From contig CALSLP010000001.1 in assembly GCA_943787225.1 (NCBI GenBank), forward strand, positions 840,964-904,963: a stretch of 64,000 bases of DNA, read 5' to 3'. The notes beneath the pieces were generated by a model. The model was not told the origin of the DNA and made no database searches. It saw nothing but the letters and a program-made list of their open reading frames with translations. A program made the position numbers and the translations under genes. Of this stretch, positions 29,070 through 39,464 are shown in pieces (positions within the stretch are counted from its first letter, which is position 1; each line of letters starts with the position of its first letter). The stretch comes from an uncultured Alphaproteobacteria bacterium (lineage in GTDB: Bacteria; Pseudomonadota; Alphaproteobacteria; MPNO01; UBA2964).

Positions 29070-31893
29070 CTAATGCGCGACGTCCCAGTTCGCGCCGGAG
29101 CCGGTGTCACAGATCAGTGGCACTGACAGGCTGGCAGCTGATTCCATGGTCTTTTTCACCACGGCCTCGGTTTTCTCCAGTTCGCTTTCAGGCAGCTCGA
29201 AGATCAATTCATCATGGACCTGCAGTAACATGCGGGCCGAGAGATTGGCCGATGTCAGGGCGTTGGGCATCAGGATCATCGCGCGTTTGATGATATCGGC
29301 GGCCGAGCCCTGGAGCGGTGCGTTGATGGCGGCGCGTTCCATGAAATTGCGGCGTGCCGGGTTCTTATCCTGGATACCCGGGACATGAACGCGGCGACCA
29401 TAGATGGTTTCGACATAGCCGTTTTCACGCGCGAATTCCTTGGCGTCATCCATATAGCCCTTTACGCCAGGATAGCGTTCAAAATAGGCCTCGATATAGG
29501 ATTTGGCGTCGCCCTGCGCGATGCCGAGCTGACGTGCCAGACCAAACGGGCTGATGCCATAGATGATACCAAAATTGATCGCCTTGGCGCGGCTGCGGGT
29601 GGCGCTATCAAGCTCATCAATGGGAATGCCGAACACGTCGCTGGCGGTCATCGCATGAATATCAGCGCCATCCTTGAAAGCCTTTTTGAGGACCTCAATA
29701 TCCGCGACATGGGCCAGCAGGCGCAGCTCAATCTGTGAGTAATCCGCCGAGAGCAACACATTGCCCTCGTCGGCCACAAAGGCAGTTCTGATCTTGCGGC
29801 CTTCTTCCGTGCGGATCGGAATGTTCTGCAGATTGGGATCGTTGGACGATAGCCGCCCGGTCGACGCAATCGCCTGCGCATAGGACGTATGCACCCGCCC
29901 GGTTCGGGCATCGATCTGCCCCATCAGCGCATCGGTATAGGTGCTCTTGAGTTTGCTGAGCTGCCGCCACTCCAGGACTTTCACGGGCAGGTCATGGCCC
30001 TGCGCCGCCAGCCCATCGAGAATATCAGCACCGGTTCCGTAGGCGCCGGTCTTGACCTTTCTTGCCGCCCGGCAGACCCATCTCGTCAAACAGCACTTCA
30101 CCGAGCTGCTTGGGCGAGCCGATATTGAACTCGTGACCCGCCAGCGCGTGAATGGCATCACCGAGCGTCGCGATGCGTTTCTCAAAATCATCGGATAGCG
30201 ATCTCAGAACATTGACGTCGACCTTGATGCCAGCGCTTTCCATCTCTTCCAACACACCGATCAACGGCCGTTCGATCCGCTCATAGACCGTCGCCATCTT
30301 CTCAAACACCAGACGCGGTTTGAGCAGCCGGTGCAGACCGAGCGTCACATCAGCGTCTTCGGCGGCATAATCCAGCGCCGCCTCTAGCTCGACCTCGGCA
30401 AAGCTGATCTTCTTTTTACCGGTGCCGGTTACCTCACTGTACTTAATGTTCGTACGATCAAGATGCAGCCGCGTCAGATCATCAAGACCATGGCCATGCG
30501 AGCCGCCATCGAGCACATAGGATAGCAGCATCGTGTCATCGACCGGCGTCATATCGATGCCGTAGCGCGCAAAGACCTCGCTGTCATATTTGGCGTTATG
30601 CGCGACCTTCAGCGTGCCGCGATCCTCGAGCATCGGCTTGAGCATTTTGATCGCTTTCTCGAACGCGATCTGCTTCGGCGCGCCATCCGCGCCGGGGTCC
30701 TCCGTCATCACCGCCACCGAGATCAAGCGATCCCTGGCTTTTGGGGCGACATGGCCGAGCGGAATATAGCAGGCGCGCGCGCCAGCCACCGGGATGGCCA
30801 TCGATAGCGAGACCCCCACCAGCTCTGCATTCAGAGAATCCAGTGAATTGGTTTCGGTGTCGACCGCGACCGTGCCTTGTTCCATCGCCGAGGCGATCCA
30901 GGCCTCGAGCGCTGCTTCATCCTGAACCAGCGCATACCCCGCCTTATCCCGACCATCATCAGCAGCGGGGGTGGGAGCGTCTTCAGGCACGTCATGGCCA
31001 GCTTTAACGAAACCGGCCTTGACCTTGGCGAGGATCGATTTAAAACCCTGTTGCTCAAGAAACGCGATCAGCCTGTCAGGCTCAGGGTCCTGCACTTCAA
31101 AGCTCTCATAGGTCTGTGTGACCGGCGCATCGACCGCCAGGGTGACCAGATCGCGTGAGATGCGCGCCTGATCGGCAAACTCAATCAGGTTCTCGCGGCG
31201 CTTGTTCTGTTTGATTTCACCAGCGCGTTCCAGCAGCGTGTCGAGATCGCCATATTCCTCGATCAGCTGGGCGGCAGTCTTTACCCCGATCCCCGGCACA
31301 CCCGGCACGTTATCGGCAGAATCACCAGCCAGTGACTGGATGTCGATGACCTTGTCCGGCCGGACGCCAAACTTTTTCTCGACTTCTTCATAGCTGATCT
31401 GGGTGCCCTTCATCGGGTCCTGCATCGAAATATTATCGTCGATCAGCTGCATCAGATCTTTATCAGACGACACAATAGTGACACGCAGGCCATCGGCAGC
31501 AGCCTTCCGGGCATAGGTCGCGATCAGATCATCGGCCTCATAGCCCTCCATCTCCGCCTGCGGCAGACCATAGGCCTCCACCGATTCGCGGATCAGGGCA
31601 AATTGCGGGATCAGGTCTTCCGGGGGCGGTGGACGATGTGCCTTATATTCCGGATAGATATCAGAACGAAAAGTCTTGCGGGCGGTGTCAAAGATGACGG
31701 CGAGATAGTCGCACTCTGAATCCTCAACCAGCTTGGTCAGCATCGAGGTAAAGCCATACACCGCATTGACCGGGGTGCCGTCTGGCCGCGTCATCGGCGG
31801 CAAGGCGTGATAGGCCCGGAAGATATAACCCGACCCATCGATCAGAAATAAATGTTTGGGTTCTCCGTCATCCGATTTGCTTGTCGCGGCCAT
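29070..31893 (-). pseudogene. polA: DNA polymerase I, interrupted by one frameshift near 30050-30060
   Basis: Track ORF 30025-31932 covers the 5'-3' exonuclease (LFLIDGSGYIFRAYHAL), the 3'-5' exonuclease and the start of the polymerase domain. ORF 29070-30191 covers the rest (RRSAKAINFGIIYG-type motif AKAINFGIIYGIS, and QVHDELIFE). Across the junction GLPGGKKG / KTGAYGTGADILD is restored by a 1-nt change at AAAGGTCAAGACC. Confidence 0.85.
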
Positions 31894-31967
31894 CTTTTCG
31901 TCCCCTGTTTCGATCTCTGAAACATGCCGCAAGGGGGCTGGGGAGTCGAGGGTGAGTCGAGTCGTCC

Positions 31968-33059
31968 TTAAGGGATATCCACAGATATCTGCTGTGTTTG
32001 AGACGTTTTACCCGTGGCTGACGCAGACTGTAATTTTGCCACGCCACGATAGCGGCCAGACGGCCATTGGCGTCCGGCCTTTCGCTTGCGCCCGATATAC
32101 ACCATGCGCCAGGCCTGGTTGCGCGTGATCGCGATCTCTCTGGTGGTAAAGGGCTTTCCGTCAGGCGCAAATATCGTGAGCTGCAGCCTGCTGCCCTTCG
32201 CGGCGCCAAAGATCGCCGCCCAGAAAACCACTGCGGGAGCATCCCGCGCGATCACTGGCGGAGACGCCGCATCTGTCTTAATCGCGCTGCCGGTTGGGAC
32301 CGACGGGGCAAACCCCGCGGCATAAAGCCGGGAGCGATGATAGCGAATTTTCGAGGTGTCTTTGAAAAGCGTCTTGCCGTCCAAGCCGCAGCCTTTGCCG
32401 ACAGCTTGGCCGACGGTTTGACCATTGATGGGGTCAACAAGTTGGCCATCCTTGCGCAACGACAGATGAACATGCGGGAACGCCGTGCGACCTGACATAC
32501 CAATCTGTCCGATGGTTTCGCCGCGCGCAATCTGGTCGCCGCGATTAACGCGGATACTGCCACGCCCAAGATGGCAATACTGGCTTTCCCACCCATCGGC
32601 ATGGCGGATCACGATTCCATTGCCGCATTCCTTGCCCTGAACCTGGTCTGCGGAAAAAGCGAGCCCGTGGTCATTTGCATTATTCCGCAAGCGCCGAACG
32701 GTTCCCGCCGCAATCGCACGGACATCAACTCCCCGCCGCATCGCCGTCAAATCCCGCACCGCAAAATCGGTACCCTTATGACCGTCATAGCTGCGAGGAC
32801 CACAAGCGCTATCGGCAACCACTGCACTGCTGTCGTGATCGACATAGTTCATGACCCAGCAATTCTGACCGAGCGCACATTTAAGAGGTAAGTCGAAACC
32901 CGTCGCAGAGAAGGTGCGTTCTTCGGCGTTGCTCGCCAAAGGAGCAGCACCAAGCGAAACGGAAATTACGAACAGGCGAAGCGGGCGATAAAGGCCCCAC
33001 CCGGTTTTCAGGAACAGCTTAATGGCCGCCAGAGATTTTAGTCCCAGGCTTAAGAACAT
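31968..33059 (-). CDS. M23 family metallopeptidase with an extra C-terminal domain
   Basis: Contains GHKGTDFAV ... GMSGRTAFPHVHLSL (the LytM HxxxD / HxH motifs). The start is uncertain: the track start at 33152 overlaps the upstream gene, and Met 33059 precedes a hydrophobic leader. Confidence 0.7.
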   Translation of the reverse strand: MFLSLGLKSLAAIKLFLKTGWGLYRPLRLFVISVSLGAAPLASNAEERTFSATGFDLPLKCALGQNCWVMNYVDHDSSAVVADSACGPRSYDGHKGTDFAVRDLTAMRRGVDVRAIAAGTVRRLRNNANDHGLAFSADQVQGKECGNGIVIRHADGWESQYCHLGRGSIRVNRGDQIARGETIGQIGMSGRTAFPHVHLSLRKDGQLVDPINGQTVGQAVGKGCGLDGKTLFKDTSKIRYHRSRLYAAGFAPSVPTGSAIKTDAASPPVIARDAPAVVFWAAIFGAAKGSRLQLTIFAPDGKPFTTREIAITRNQAWRMVYIGRKRKAGRQWPSGRYRGVAKLQSASATGKTSQTQQISVDIP

Positions 33060-33207
33060 ACATCCGGTCGCAATAGCCACATTCGACCTTGCCGTCGACC
33101 AGTGTGAGAAAAACCCGAGGGTGTCCGAGCGCACCGCCGCCATCACAGGCAACAGTCATCTCTGTAACTTCAATGGTTTCGGGCGGTTCCGGGGCTGTTC
33201 CGGCCAT
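33019..33207 (-). CDS. zinc-finger (zf-CHCC type) domain protein
   Basis: MAGTAPEPPETIEVTEMTVACDGGGALGHPRVFLTL...VECGYCDRMYVLK is a small conserved alphaproteobacterial zinc-finger protein. Start set at the internal Met. Confidence 0.65.
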   Translation of the reverse strand: MAGTAPEPPETIEVTEMTVACDGGGALGHPRVFLTLVDGKVECGYCDRMYVLKPGTKISGGH

Positions 33208-33335
33208 ATCTCTATCCTTATAGGCTGTCTGCAGTTCATTGACCGCGAAGGCTGCGCGATGATACCCAATGTGCCGCGAAGTGCAATCAATCTTGCATAT
33301 AAGACAACCGCCCGAATTACAGGAATTTACCGCGC

Positions 33336-34370
33336 ATGAATGCTCCCGCAATGCCCTCGTCAGACGATATGCCCGACCTTGCGGTTGAGACTGAGAATCT
33401 GACTAAAATCTATAGCCCGTCTTACGGCCCAACGGTCCGGGCGCTGGATAATGTCAGCCTGCAAGTGCCACGCGGTTCGGTCTTCGGTTTGCTGGGGCCC
33501 AACGGTGCCGGGAAATCAACACTCATCAACATCCTTGCCGGGCTGACGATCAAAACCTCCGGCAGTGCACGGATCTGGGATTTTGACACCGAGAAACAAT
33601 TCCGCCGCGCGCGATCTGCGATTGGCGTCGTACCGCAGGAAGTAAATCTCGACGCGTTCTTCTGTCCGCGGGAAGTGCTGGAGCTGCAGGCCGGTCTATA
33701 CGGCGTGCCCAAGAACGAACGCCGCACCATGGAGATCCTCGAGGCTGTTGGCCTGGCCGATAAGGCAGATGCCTATGCGCGCTCGTTATCCGGTGGCATG
33801 AAACGTCGCCTGTTGATCGCCAAGGCGCTGGTCCATACCCCGCCGGTCGTGGTGCTGGATGAGCCGACCGCCGGGGTCGATGTCGAGCTGCGGCGACAGC
33901 TCTGGGCCTATATGCGCGTGCTCAATGAGGCCGGGACGACCATCCTGCTGACAACGCATTATCTCGAAGAAGCCGAAGAGATGTGCGACACCATCGCGAT
34001 TATCGATCATGGCAAGCTGATTGCCTGCGAGCCCACGCCAGAGCTGGTCGGACGGCTCGATCAGCGGACGCTCACCATCACCGTCTCGTCATCGCTGGAC
34101 GCTGTCCCCGAAACGCTCGTGCCGTTTTCCGCCAGCCTGACCGCCCCCAACGAGCTGACCTTTTGTTTTTCACCGAGCAGCATGACCGTGGGTGAAATTC
34201 TTGCCGCCATCCAGTCCGCCGGGCTGACAGTCGCCGATCTGGCGACACAGGAAGCCGATTTGGAAGACATTTTTCTGCGGCTCACCGGGATCGATGAAGA
34301 AACACATGTCGTGGCGACCGACCCACCATCCAGCGTTGTTCAGGACGCCCGCAGCAACCCGCCGCTCTAA
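33336..34370 (+). CDS. ABC transporter ATP-binding protein (ABC-2/drug-exporter type)
   Basis: Walker A GPNGAGKST, signature LSGGMKRRLLIAKAL and Walker B VVVLDEPTAGVD. No adjacent permease gene. Confidence 0.85.
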   Translation: MNAPAMPSSDDMPDLAVETENLTKIYSPSYGPTVRALDNVSLQVPRGSVFGLLGPNGAGKSTLINILAGLTIKTSGSARIWDFDTEKQFRRARSAIGVVPQEVNLDAFFCPREVLELQAGLYGVPKNERRTMEILEAVGLADKADAYARSLSGGMKRRLLIAKALVHTPPVVVLDEPTAGVDVELRRQLWAYMRVLNEAGTTILLTTHYLEEAEEMCDTIAIIDHGKLIACEPTPELVGRLDQRTLTITVSSSLDAVPETLVPFSASLTAPNELTFCFSPSSMTVGEILAAIQSAGLTVADLATQEADLEDIFLRLTGIDEETHVVATDPPSSVVQDARSNPPL

Positions 34371-34376
34371 CCCAAG

Positions 34377-35375
34377 ATGCGGCTCGCGGTTCTATCCCTG
34401 CTGGTTCTGTGTGTCGGGTGTGCCTCGCCGGTCCTGAAGCCGATGGGACCGGCAACCGTCAGCCCAACGGCGAGTGACACATTCCTGACGGTCGCCGATG
34501 GCGCGCAGTTACCGCTCCGGATTTGGCAGGCTGAACCCGCGACAGCAAAACCGCGCGCGGTGATTATCGCAGTGCATGGCTTTAACGATTACGCCAACGC
34601 GTTTTATTTACCGGCACCGTTTTGGGCAAAGCAAGGCATCGTCACCTATGCCTATGACCAGCGCGGCTTTGGCGGCGCACCGCATCGGGGCTTTTGGCCC
34701 GGCACCAAAACCCTCACCGCCGATTTGCGGGCGGCGGTCACCGCGACCCGTCAACGTCATGCCGGAACCCCGATCTATGTGCTAGGCGTCAGCATGGGAG
34801 GTGCCGTGGTGATGGCCACCCTCGCCGATGGGCCGATTGAAGGCATCGAGGGTGCGATCCTCGCAGCCCCGGCCGTGTGGGGGCGGGCCCATATGAATAT
34901 ATTTCAGCGCGCCGCTTTATGGCTGGCCTATCACACCATGCCGGGTCTCAAGCTGACCGGGCGCGGGCTTAAAATCCAGCCCAGCGACAATATCAAGATG
35001 CTGCGCAAGATTTCCAAAGACCGCCAGATGATCCGCGAAACCCGCGTTGATACGATCAAAGGACTGGTTGATTTGATGGACATAGCCTTTGCCGCCGCAC
35101 CGAAAATCGGGCACACACCGCTGCTCATCGCTTACGGCCTCAAAGACGAGATTGTGCCCAAGAACCCCAGCCTGATCGTCATGCGACAGCTCGACCCAGA
35201 ACACGCGACCCGGGCACTCTATGACACCGCCTGGCACATGCTGCTGCGCGATCTCAAAGCCGAGATCATTTGGCGCGACATCGTTGCCTGGATTGAAGAC
35301 CGCCGCCAGCCGCTCCCTTCCGGAGCCGACCAGCAGGCGGCCGAATCCCTGAAACCGAGTCTATCGGCCCGCTAA
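34377..35375 (+). CDS. alpha/beta hydrolase lipoprotein (lysophospholipase/monoglyceride-lipase-like)
   Basis: Lipobox LLVLCVGCAS, the HGFNDY oxyanion region and the nucleophile elbow GVSMGG. Confidence 0.8.
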   Translation: MRLAVLSLLVLCVGCASPVLKPMGPATVSPTASDTFLTVADGAQLPLRIWQAEPATAKPRAVIIAVHGFNDYANAFYLPAPFWAKQGIVTYAYDQRGFGGAPHRGFWPGTKTLTADLRAAVTATRQRHAGTPIYVLGVSMGGAVVMATLADGPIEGIEGAILAAPAVWGRAHMNIFQRAALWLAYHTMPGLKLTGRGLKIQPSDNIKMLRKISKDRQMIRETRVDTIKGLVDLMDIAFAAAPKIGHTPLLIAYGLKDEIVPKNPSLIVMRQLDPEHATRALYDTAWHMLLRDLKAEIIWRDIVAWIEDRRQPLPSGADQQAAESLKPSLSAR

Positions 35376-35444
35376 AAATAACGGTCAATCAGGCAACGAA
35401 GACAATTGCACCAAGGGGTCCGGCTGGAGTAGTCTCCGCCCAAC

Positions 35445-35521
<77 letters not shown>

Positions 35522-35841
35522 ATTATATCAATAACTTAGAAATATTTCGTTCTAGTGGGCTTCTCTGGTGCAACCACCATGCAACCACGCCGATTTAAAT
35601 CGGAGCAAAATTATAGGTAGTTTTTTGGGCTAACTAAATTCGTTCCTGACCTAGTCTTGTCGGAAATAGCGGTATCGAATCGAGTTAATTACTAGAATAC
35701 CGGCATGGCCATTACCCTGTCTCAAACCCCCTATACTCGTCCCTTAAAAAAGAAACCATTTATTCTACCCTGGACACCTGCGGGAAATTTAGTTCTCCGA
35801 GAAGCATTACAGCTGGCTGGGAAAACCCACTACCAAAATGA

Positions 35842-36960
35842 ATGGGTGAGGATCTCGTTCTTTATCGTGACCTTTCGGGAAATTACGGTCTCGTGGACAA
35901 ACACTGTCCGCACCGTCGGGCTGATCTGGCGTTTGGCTTTGTCGAGGAATGCGGTATTCGATGCAGCTACCATGGTTGGCAGTTCGATCAAACCGGTGCC
36001 TGTGTCCAGCAACCGTTCGAGGACACGGTTGCGCCCGAGTCGACTTTCAAGGAAAAGATACGCATCAAAGCATACCCGGTTGAGGCCAAAGCCGGATTAC
36101 TCTGGGCGTATCTCGGTCCTGATCCCGTACCTTTGGTGCCGAACTGGGAACCCTTTACCTGGGAAAATGGGTTCCGTCAGATCGTTTTTTCCGTGGTGCC
36201 CTGCAACTGGTTTCAGGACCAGGAAAACTCTATCGATCCGATCCATTTTGAATGGCAGCATTCTAACTGGCGGGTAAGGGCAACCGGTGAAACCGGTCCC
36301 TATACGCCCAAACACCTAAAGATCGATTTCGAAGAATTCGATTACGGTATTTCGTACAAGCGCATTCGCGAAGACACTGACGAGAACAACCCGCTATGGA
36401 CGGTCGGGCGCAATTGTCTTTGGCCAAATTCGCTTTTCACTGGCGAACATTTTGAATGGCGGGTGCCGATCGACGATGAAAATATGTTGAGCGTCGGCTG
36501 GTTTTTCAATCCCCTGCCACAAGACAGACGCCCCTACGTACAGGAGGAAATCCCAAGCTGGGAAGGTCCGGTCGTCGACGCGGAGGGAGAATGGATTACC
36601 AGCCATGTGATGAACCAGGATTTCGCAGCCTGGGTTGGTCAGGGCGCGATCGCGGACCGGACCAAGGAGCATCTCGGGCGGAGCGACCGCGGTGTCATCA
36701 TGATGCGAAAGCGTTTCGAGGACGATCTTGCAAAACTCAAAGTCGGCAACGAGGACCCCAAGGCAGTTGTTAGAGATCCCGCAGTAAATAGCTGCATAAA
36801 ACTGCCGCTCTTCGACAGAGATTACCTTATCCAAGGACCCACACGTGACTTGCTTGCCGACGCAGAACACCCACGCACTCGCTCGATGCTAAACTTCGTA
36901 TTTCAGGCCGGCCAACCACCCGACGTCCGCGAAGCCTATGTTGAGGCGATGGGGTTTTAG
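35842..36960 (+). CDS. Rieske [2Fe-2S] non-heme-iron oxygenase alpha subunit; the N-terminus appears degraded
   Basis: Rieske motif CPHRRADLAFGFVEECGIRCSYHGWQF. Immediately upstream in the same frame, ...ITAGWENPLPK-TGA-MGEDLVLYRD continues the family's N-terminal region through a stop at 35839-35841. Further upstream, homology switches to the frame of track ORF 35705. Confidence 0.75.
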   Translation: MGEDLVLYRDLSGNYGLVDKHCPHRRADLAFGFVEECGIRCSYHGWQFDQTGACVQQPFEDTVAPESTFKEKIRIKAYPVEAKAGLLWAYLGPDPVPLVPNWEPFTWENGFRQIVFSVVPCNWFQDQENSIDPIHFEWQHSNWRVRATGETGPYTPKHLKIDFEEFDYGISYKRIREDTDENNPLWTVGRNCLWPNSLFTGEHFEWRVPIDDENMLSVGWFFNPLPQDRRPYVQEEIPSWEGPVVDAEGEWITSHVMNQDFAAWVGQGAIADRTKEHLGRSDRGVIMMRKRFEDDLAKLKVGNEDPKAVVRDPAVNSCIKLPLFDRDYLIQGPTRDLLADAEHPRTRSMLNFVFQAGQPPDVREAYVEAMGF

Positions 36961-37073
36961 CGGAGCGCGGCAAACCAGACCGGCTTGTTGTGTCAGCTAG
37001 GATTGTAAAGATGATCTGCGATTTTTGCAGTGGTGGGTGGTGTCAGTGAGGTCTGCAATCGCTGGGCCAAAGA

Positions 37074-37823
37074 CTAAACGGGATTGTGGCGATAAGTCAG
37101 AACCAATATGTCGCGAAATCCCTCACGCTTCGAATCGAGTCGCGAGATCGGCGTAACGCTATGCTGTACTCTAATATCATCGAGAAAAATGGTATCGAGC
37201 GCATCCGTCAGGGTAAACTCATTGAGCGACCCACTTTGATTATCAAAAATTCTGGTCACGCCGCTCGAGACATTTTGGCGATTGATGAGCACGACGCACA
37301 CCCAGTCGACGCCATCTCGGTGCATGCCTTCAGGCGTCGGCAGGCCAGATTCTTCCTGTCCGGCCTCAATTCGAAATTGGTGCACCTCAGCGTGCCACGG
37401 CGATGAACGCGTAGAGCTTGGCGATATGATATCGAATAACCTTCCGCAATCGCCTAAGAGTTTCAGCATGAAGTCGTGATTAGCGACTTCTTCAAGGATA
37501 GGTGCAAAACAGCGTTGGATCCCCCCATTCAAAATATTGTAGTCCCTACTCTGATAATGCGGTTGATGGGGTTTGCGTCGGATTACGTCATCGGCAACGT
37601 GGAACGAAGCGAACCGCCGGCGTCGATATCTGCCACCGTCGGCCATATAGAGGTCGAGCCCGAGATCATTCCAACTTGATGCGAATAAGGGCCAGCTCGT
37701 ATCTAAACCGCAATGTTTCATGGCGGCTTGAATTTCTCTTCCTGATCGAAAAGCGTAACCGCTACGTATGATCTCTTGTTCGATTTGCGAGAATTCGGCG
37801 GGTAAGGAGTCGCGGGTTTTCAT
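37074..37823 (-). CDS. 2OG-Fe(II) dioxygenase family protein (PF10014-like, the family of amino-acid hydroxylases such as IDO)
   Basis: 249-aa ORF. LYMADGGRYRRRRFASF and GMHRDGVDWVCVVLINRQN are the family hallmarks as I recall them. Confidence 0.6.
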   Translation of the reverse strand: MKTRDSLPAEFSQIEQEIIRSGYAFRSGREIQAAMKHCGLDTSWPLFASSWNDLGLDLYMADGGRYRRRRFASFHVADDVIRRKPHQPHYQSRDYNILNGGIQRCFAPILEEVANHDFMLKLLGDCGRLFDIISPSSTRSSPWHAEVHQFRIEAGQEESGLPTPEGMHRDGVDWVCVVLINRQNVSSGVTRIFDNQSGSLNEFTLTDALDTIFLDDIRVQHSVTPISRLDSKREGFRDILVLTYRHNPV

Positions 37824-37938
37824 ATGCGCGGGAAGCCATTAATAGCGTTGTCGAAAAGTGAGTGAGTTACTCGGTCTTAAGTGATTTTTAGACGGAGATG
37901 GCGACGCCGAAAGTAAGGTTTAACGGTAGTTCTATTTT

Positions 37939-37964
37939 TACGCATGCAGCCAGCAATTGGATCA
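37939..37964 (-). promoter_or_regulatory. ECF sigma-E-type promoter candidate (TGATCC-N16-CGTA) upstream of the 2OG dioxygenase gene
   Basis: Minus strand reads TGATCC aattgctggctgcatg CGTA, about 115 nt upstream of the start at 37823. Confidence 0.6.
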
Positions 37965-38036
37965 CACGAACGTGGGCCCAGCGATACGGATCAACTTGGA
38001 GAAGATCTGATTGTTCTTGGCGCCGTATAACGGCTC

Positions 38037-38477
38037 TTACACGTGTTGCTCGCTATTCGGTATATCTTCCAACAAACGGACCATGAGTTCCGTTACCATT
38101 TCTGGATCGTTTTTGAGACTCGATAGTATTTCTTCGACAGTCCTCGTGTCGTCCAATCCTGACCAAATTGCCAATTTTTTTGCACTTGGGCTGGTATAAG
38201 CAATTTCCCAGTTTGAGAACGTAAGTTTTTCAACATTCGACCCACGTATCACTTTGATATCTTGGTGCCGAGTATCTTCAGTAATCTTTTTCATAAGATC
38301 TTTTACTGTACCTTCTTCGCCCTCCAGGACCTGTAGGAACATTCCATCTATAAAAACTAACAGGCCCGTGACGTCGGATAATTTATTTTTCGTACGTGCC
38401 TGACGCAGAATCCCAATCAAATGAGACAGCATCATTTCATTTGTAGCCTTCGATGAGTAATCTAACTGATACAGCAT
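38037..38477 (-). CDS. BLUF-domain blue-light FAD sensor, short stand-alone form
   Basis: MLYQLDYSSKA...ILRQARTKNKLSDVTGLLVFIDGMFLQVLEGEEGTV...DTRH matches the BLUF core (Tyr, Gln, N..ITG, FxQxLEG). Confidence 0.85.
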   Translation of the reverse strand: MLYQLDYSSKATNEMMLSHLIGILRQARTKNKLSDVTGLLVFIDGMFLQVLEGEEGTVKDLMKKITEDTRHQDIKVIRGSNVEKLTFSNWEIAYTSPSAKKLAIWSGLDDTRTVEEILSSLKNDPEMVTELMVRLLEDIPNSEQHV

Positions 38478-38742
38478 GATTATGACCCCTAAGAGAGAAA
38501 TTTCTTATCGGCCAGGAAATTATATTTAGGGCGTTTCAGGGCCGCTCCCATGCAAATGACGTTAACTTGGATCAGCTGAATGCGCAATCTGACCGGGCTG
38601 CCTGGCGATGTGACCAGTGTTATGGGAGCGCGGCGGCAGGTGATCCGCAAATTCCTAGTGCGCTTCAAGGGGCCGAAAGTAGTGTAGAACTTGTTTTGTA
38701 TGGCAGTTATTGGCCTAACCCGAAACCGGTTTGCAGGCTTGG

Positions 38743-39354
38743 TTATTCTGTTTCGATGGTGCCAACAACGGTTAGACCGCCCTTTTCAGAGCGCCGAACA
38801 ATTATGAGCTCTCCTGAGCTGGGATAAACACCGGTAAGCGCAGTGATATTTACCTGATGGGTGACCAGAATAATTGGGCGGCGTAAGTCTTGGTTCTTTA
38901 ACCACGCCTTCAACGCCCTAGTCTGGGGCTTGCGTCGTTCAAAACTTTGGAAGAATGAATTTAGTGCTGGTAGTTCGTTAACAAGACCGAGCTGTAAAAG
39001 TCGTGCTGTTTGCAAACATCGGCACCACTGGCTGGAGAAAACGGGTGCGCTCTCGATACCGTTCACGTGGAACCGATCACCAATTCGCTTAGCCTGAGCG
39101 CGCCCTTCGTCGGAGAGGTTTCTTTGAGTTCTGCAGTCCCCGATAACAAAGTTGTCTGGATCACCGGTTCCTGGAGCGATCGCATGTCGAATAAGCGCAA
39201 GGTGCCCACCCGCCCTGAGTGCCGCCCAAACATCGGCCTGATCTGAAATGGCGGGCTTCTCGAAGAGACAGGACAAGGCGATGGCCATCGCAATAACGGT
39301 CAAGACTTTCAGCCGTATTAAGTGATTTACTGATAACGGATGGTCGCCAAACAT
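38743..39354 (-). CDS. histidine phosphatase family protein (periplasmic, SixA/PGAM-like)
   Basis: Hydrophobic leader followed by LALIRHAIAPGTGDP (RHA/G catalytic motif) and ILVTHQVN. Confidence 0.75.
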   Translation of the reverse strand: MFGDHPLSVNHLIRLKVLTVIAMAIALSCLFEKPAISDQADVWAALRAGGHLALIRHAIAPGTGDPDNFVIGDCRTQRNLSDEGRAQAKRIGDRFHVNGIESAPVFSSQWCRCLQTARLLQLGLVNELPALNSFFQSFERRKPQTRALKAWLKNQDLRRPIILVTHQVNITALTGVYPSSGELIIVRRSEKGGLTVVGTIETE

Positions 39355-39408
39355 CTCAGCCTATCCTCTGAATTAACGGCTCGGGTTCCCCAAAGCGGGA
39401 TTATGAAG

Positions 39409-39434
39409 CGATCCAAAACTAGAATCGGGTCGTA
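39409..39434 (+). promoter_or_regulatory. ECF sigma-E-type promoter candidate (CGATCC-N16-CGTA) upstream of the FAD oxidoreductase / Sel1 / tspO unit
   Basis: Plus strand reads CGATCC aaaactagaatcgggt CGTA, about 30 nt upstream of the ORF. Confidence 0.6.
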
Positions 39435-39464
39435 TAATGCACATAGCTAAGTCTCAGGTTCAAT

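Noticed and set aside
35522-35842. An integrase gene or att-site repeat expected next to the tRNA-Arg island boundary.
   Set aside because: No ORF with tyrosine-recombinase features is present. I found no copy of the tRNA 3' end elsewhere in the window by eye, so the island call rests only on composition and gene content.
38549-38574. A TGATCC-N16 element on the minus strand upstream of the BLUF gene.
   Set aside because: The -10 position reads CATG rather than the CGTA that is invariant in the other 12 sites. A plus-strand TGATCC at about 38637 is followed by CTTC and faces no gene.
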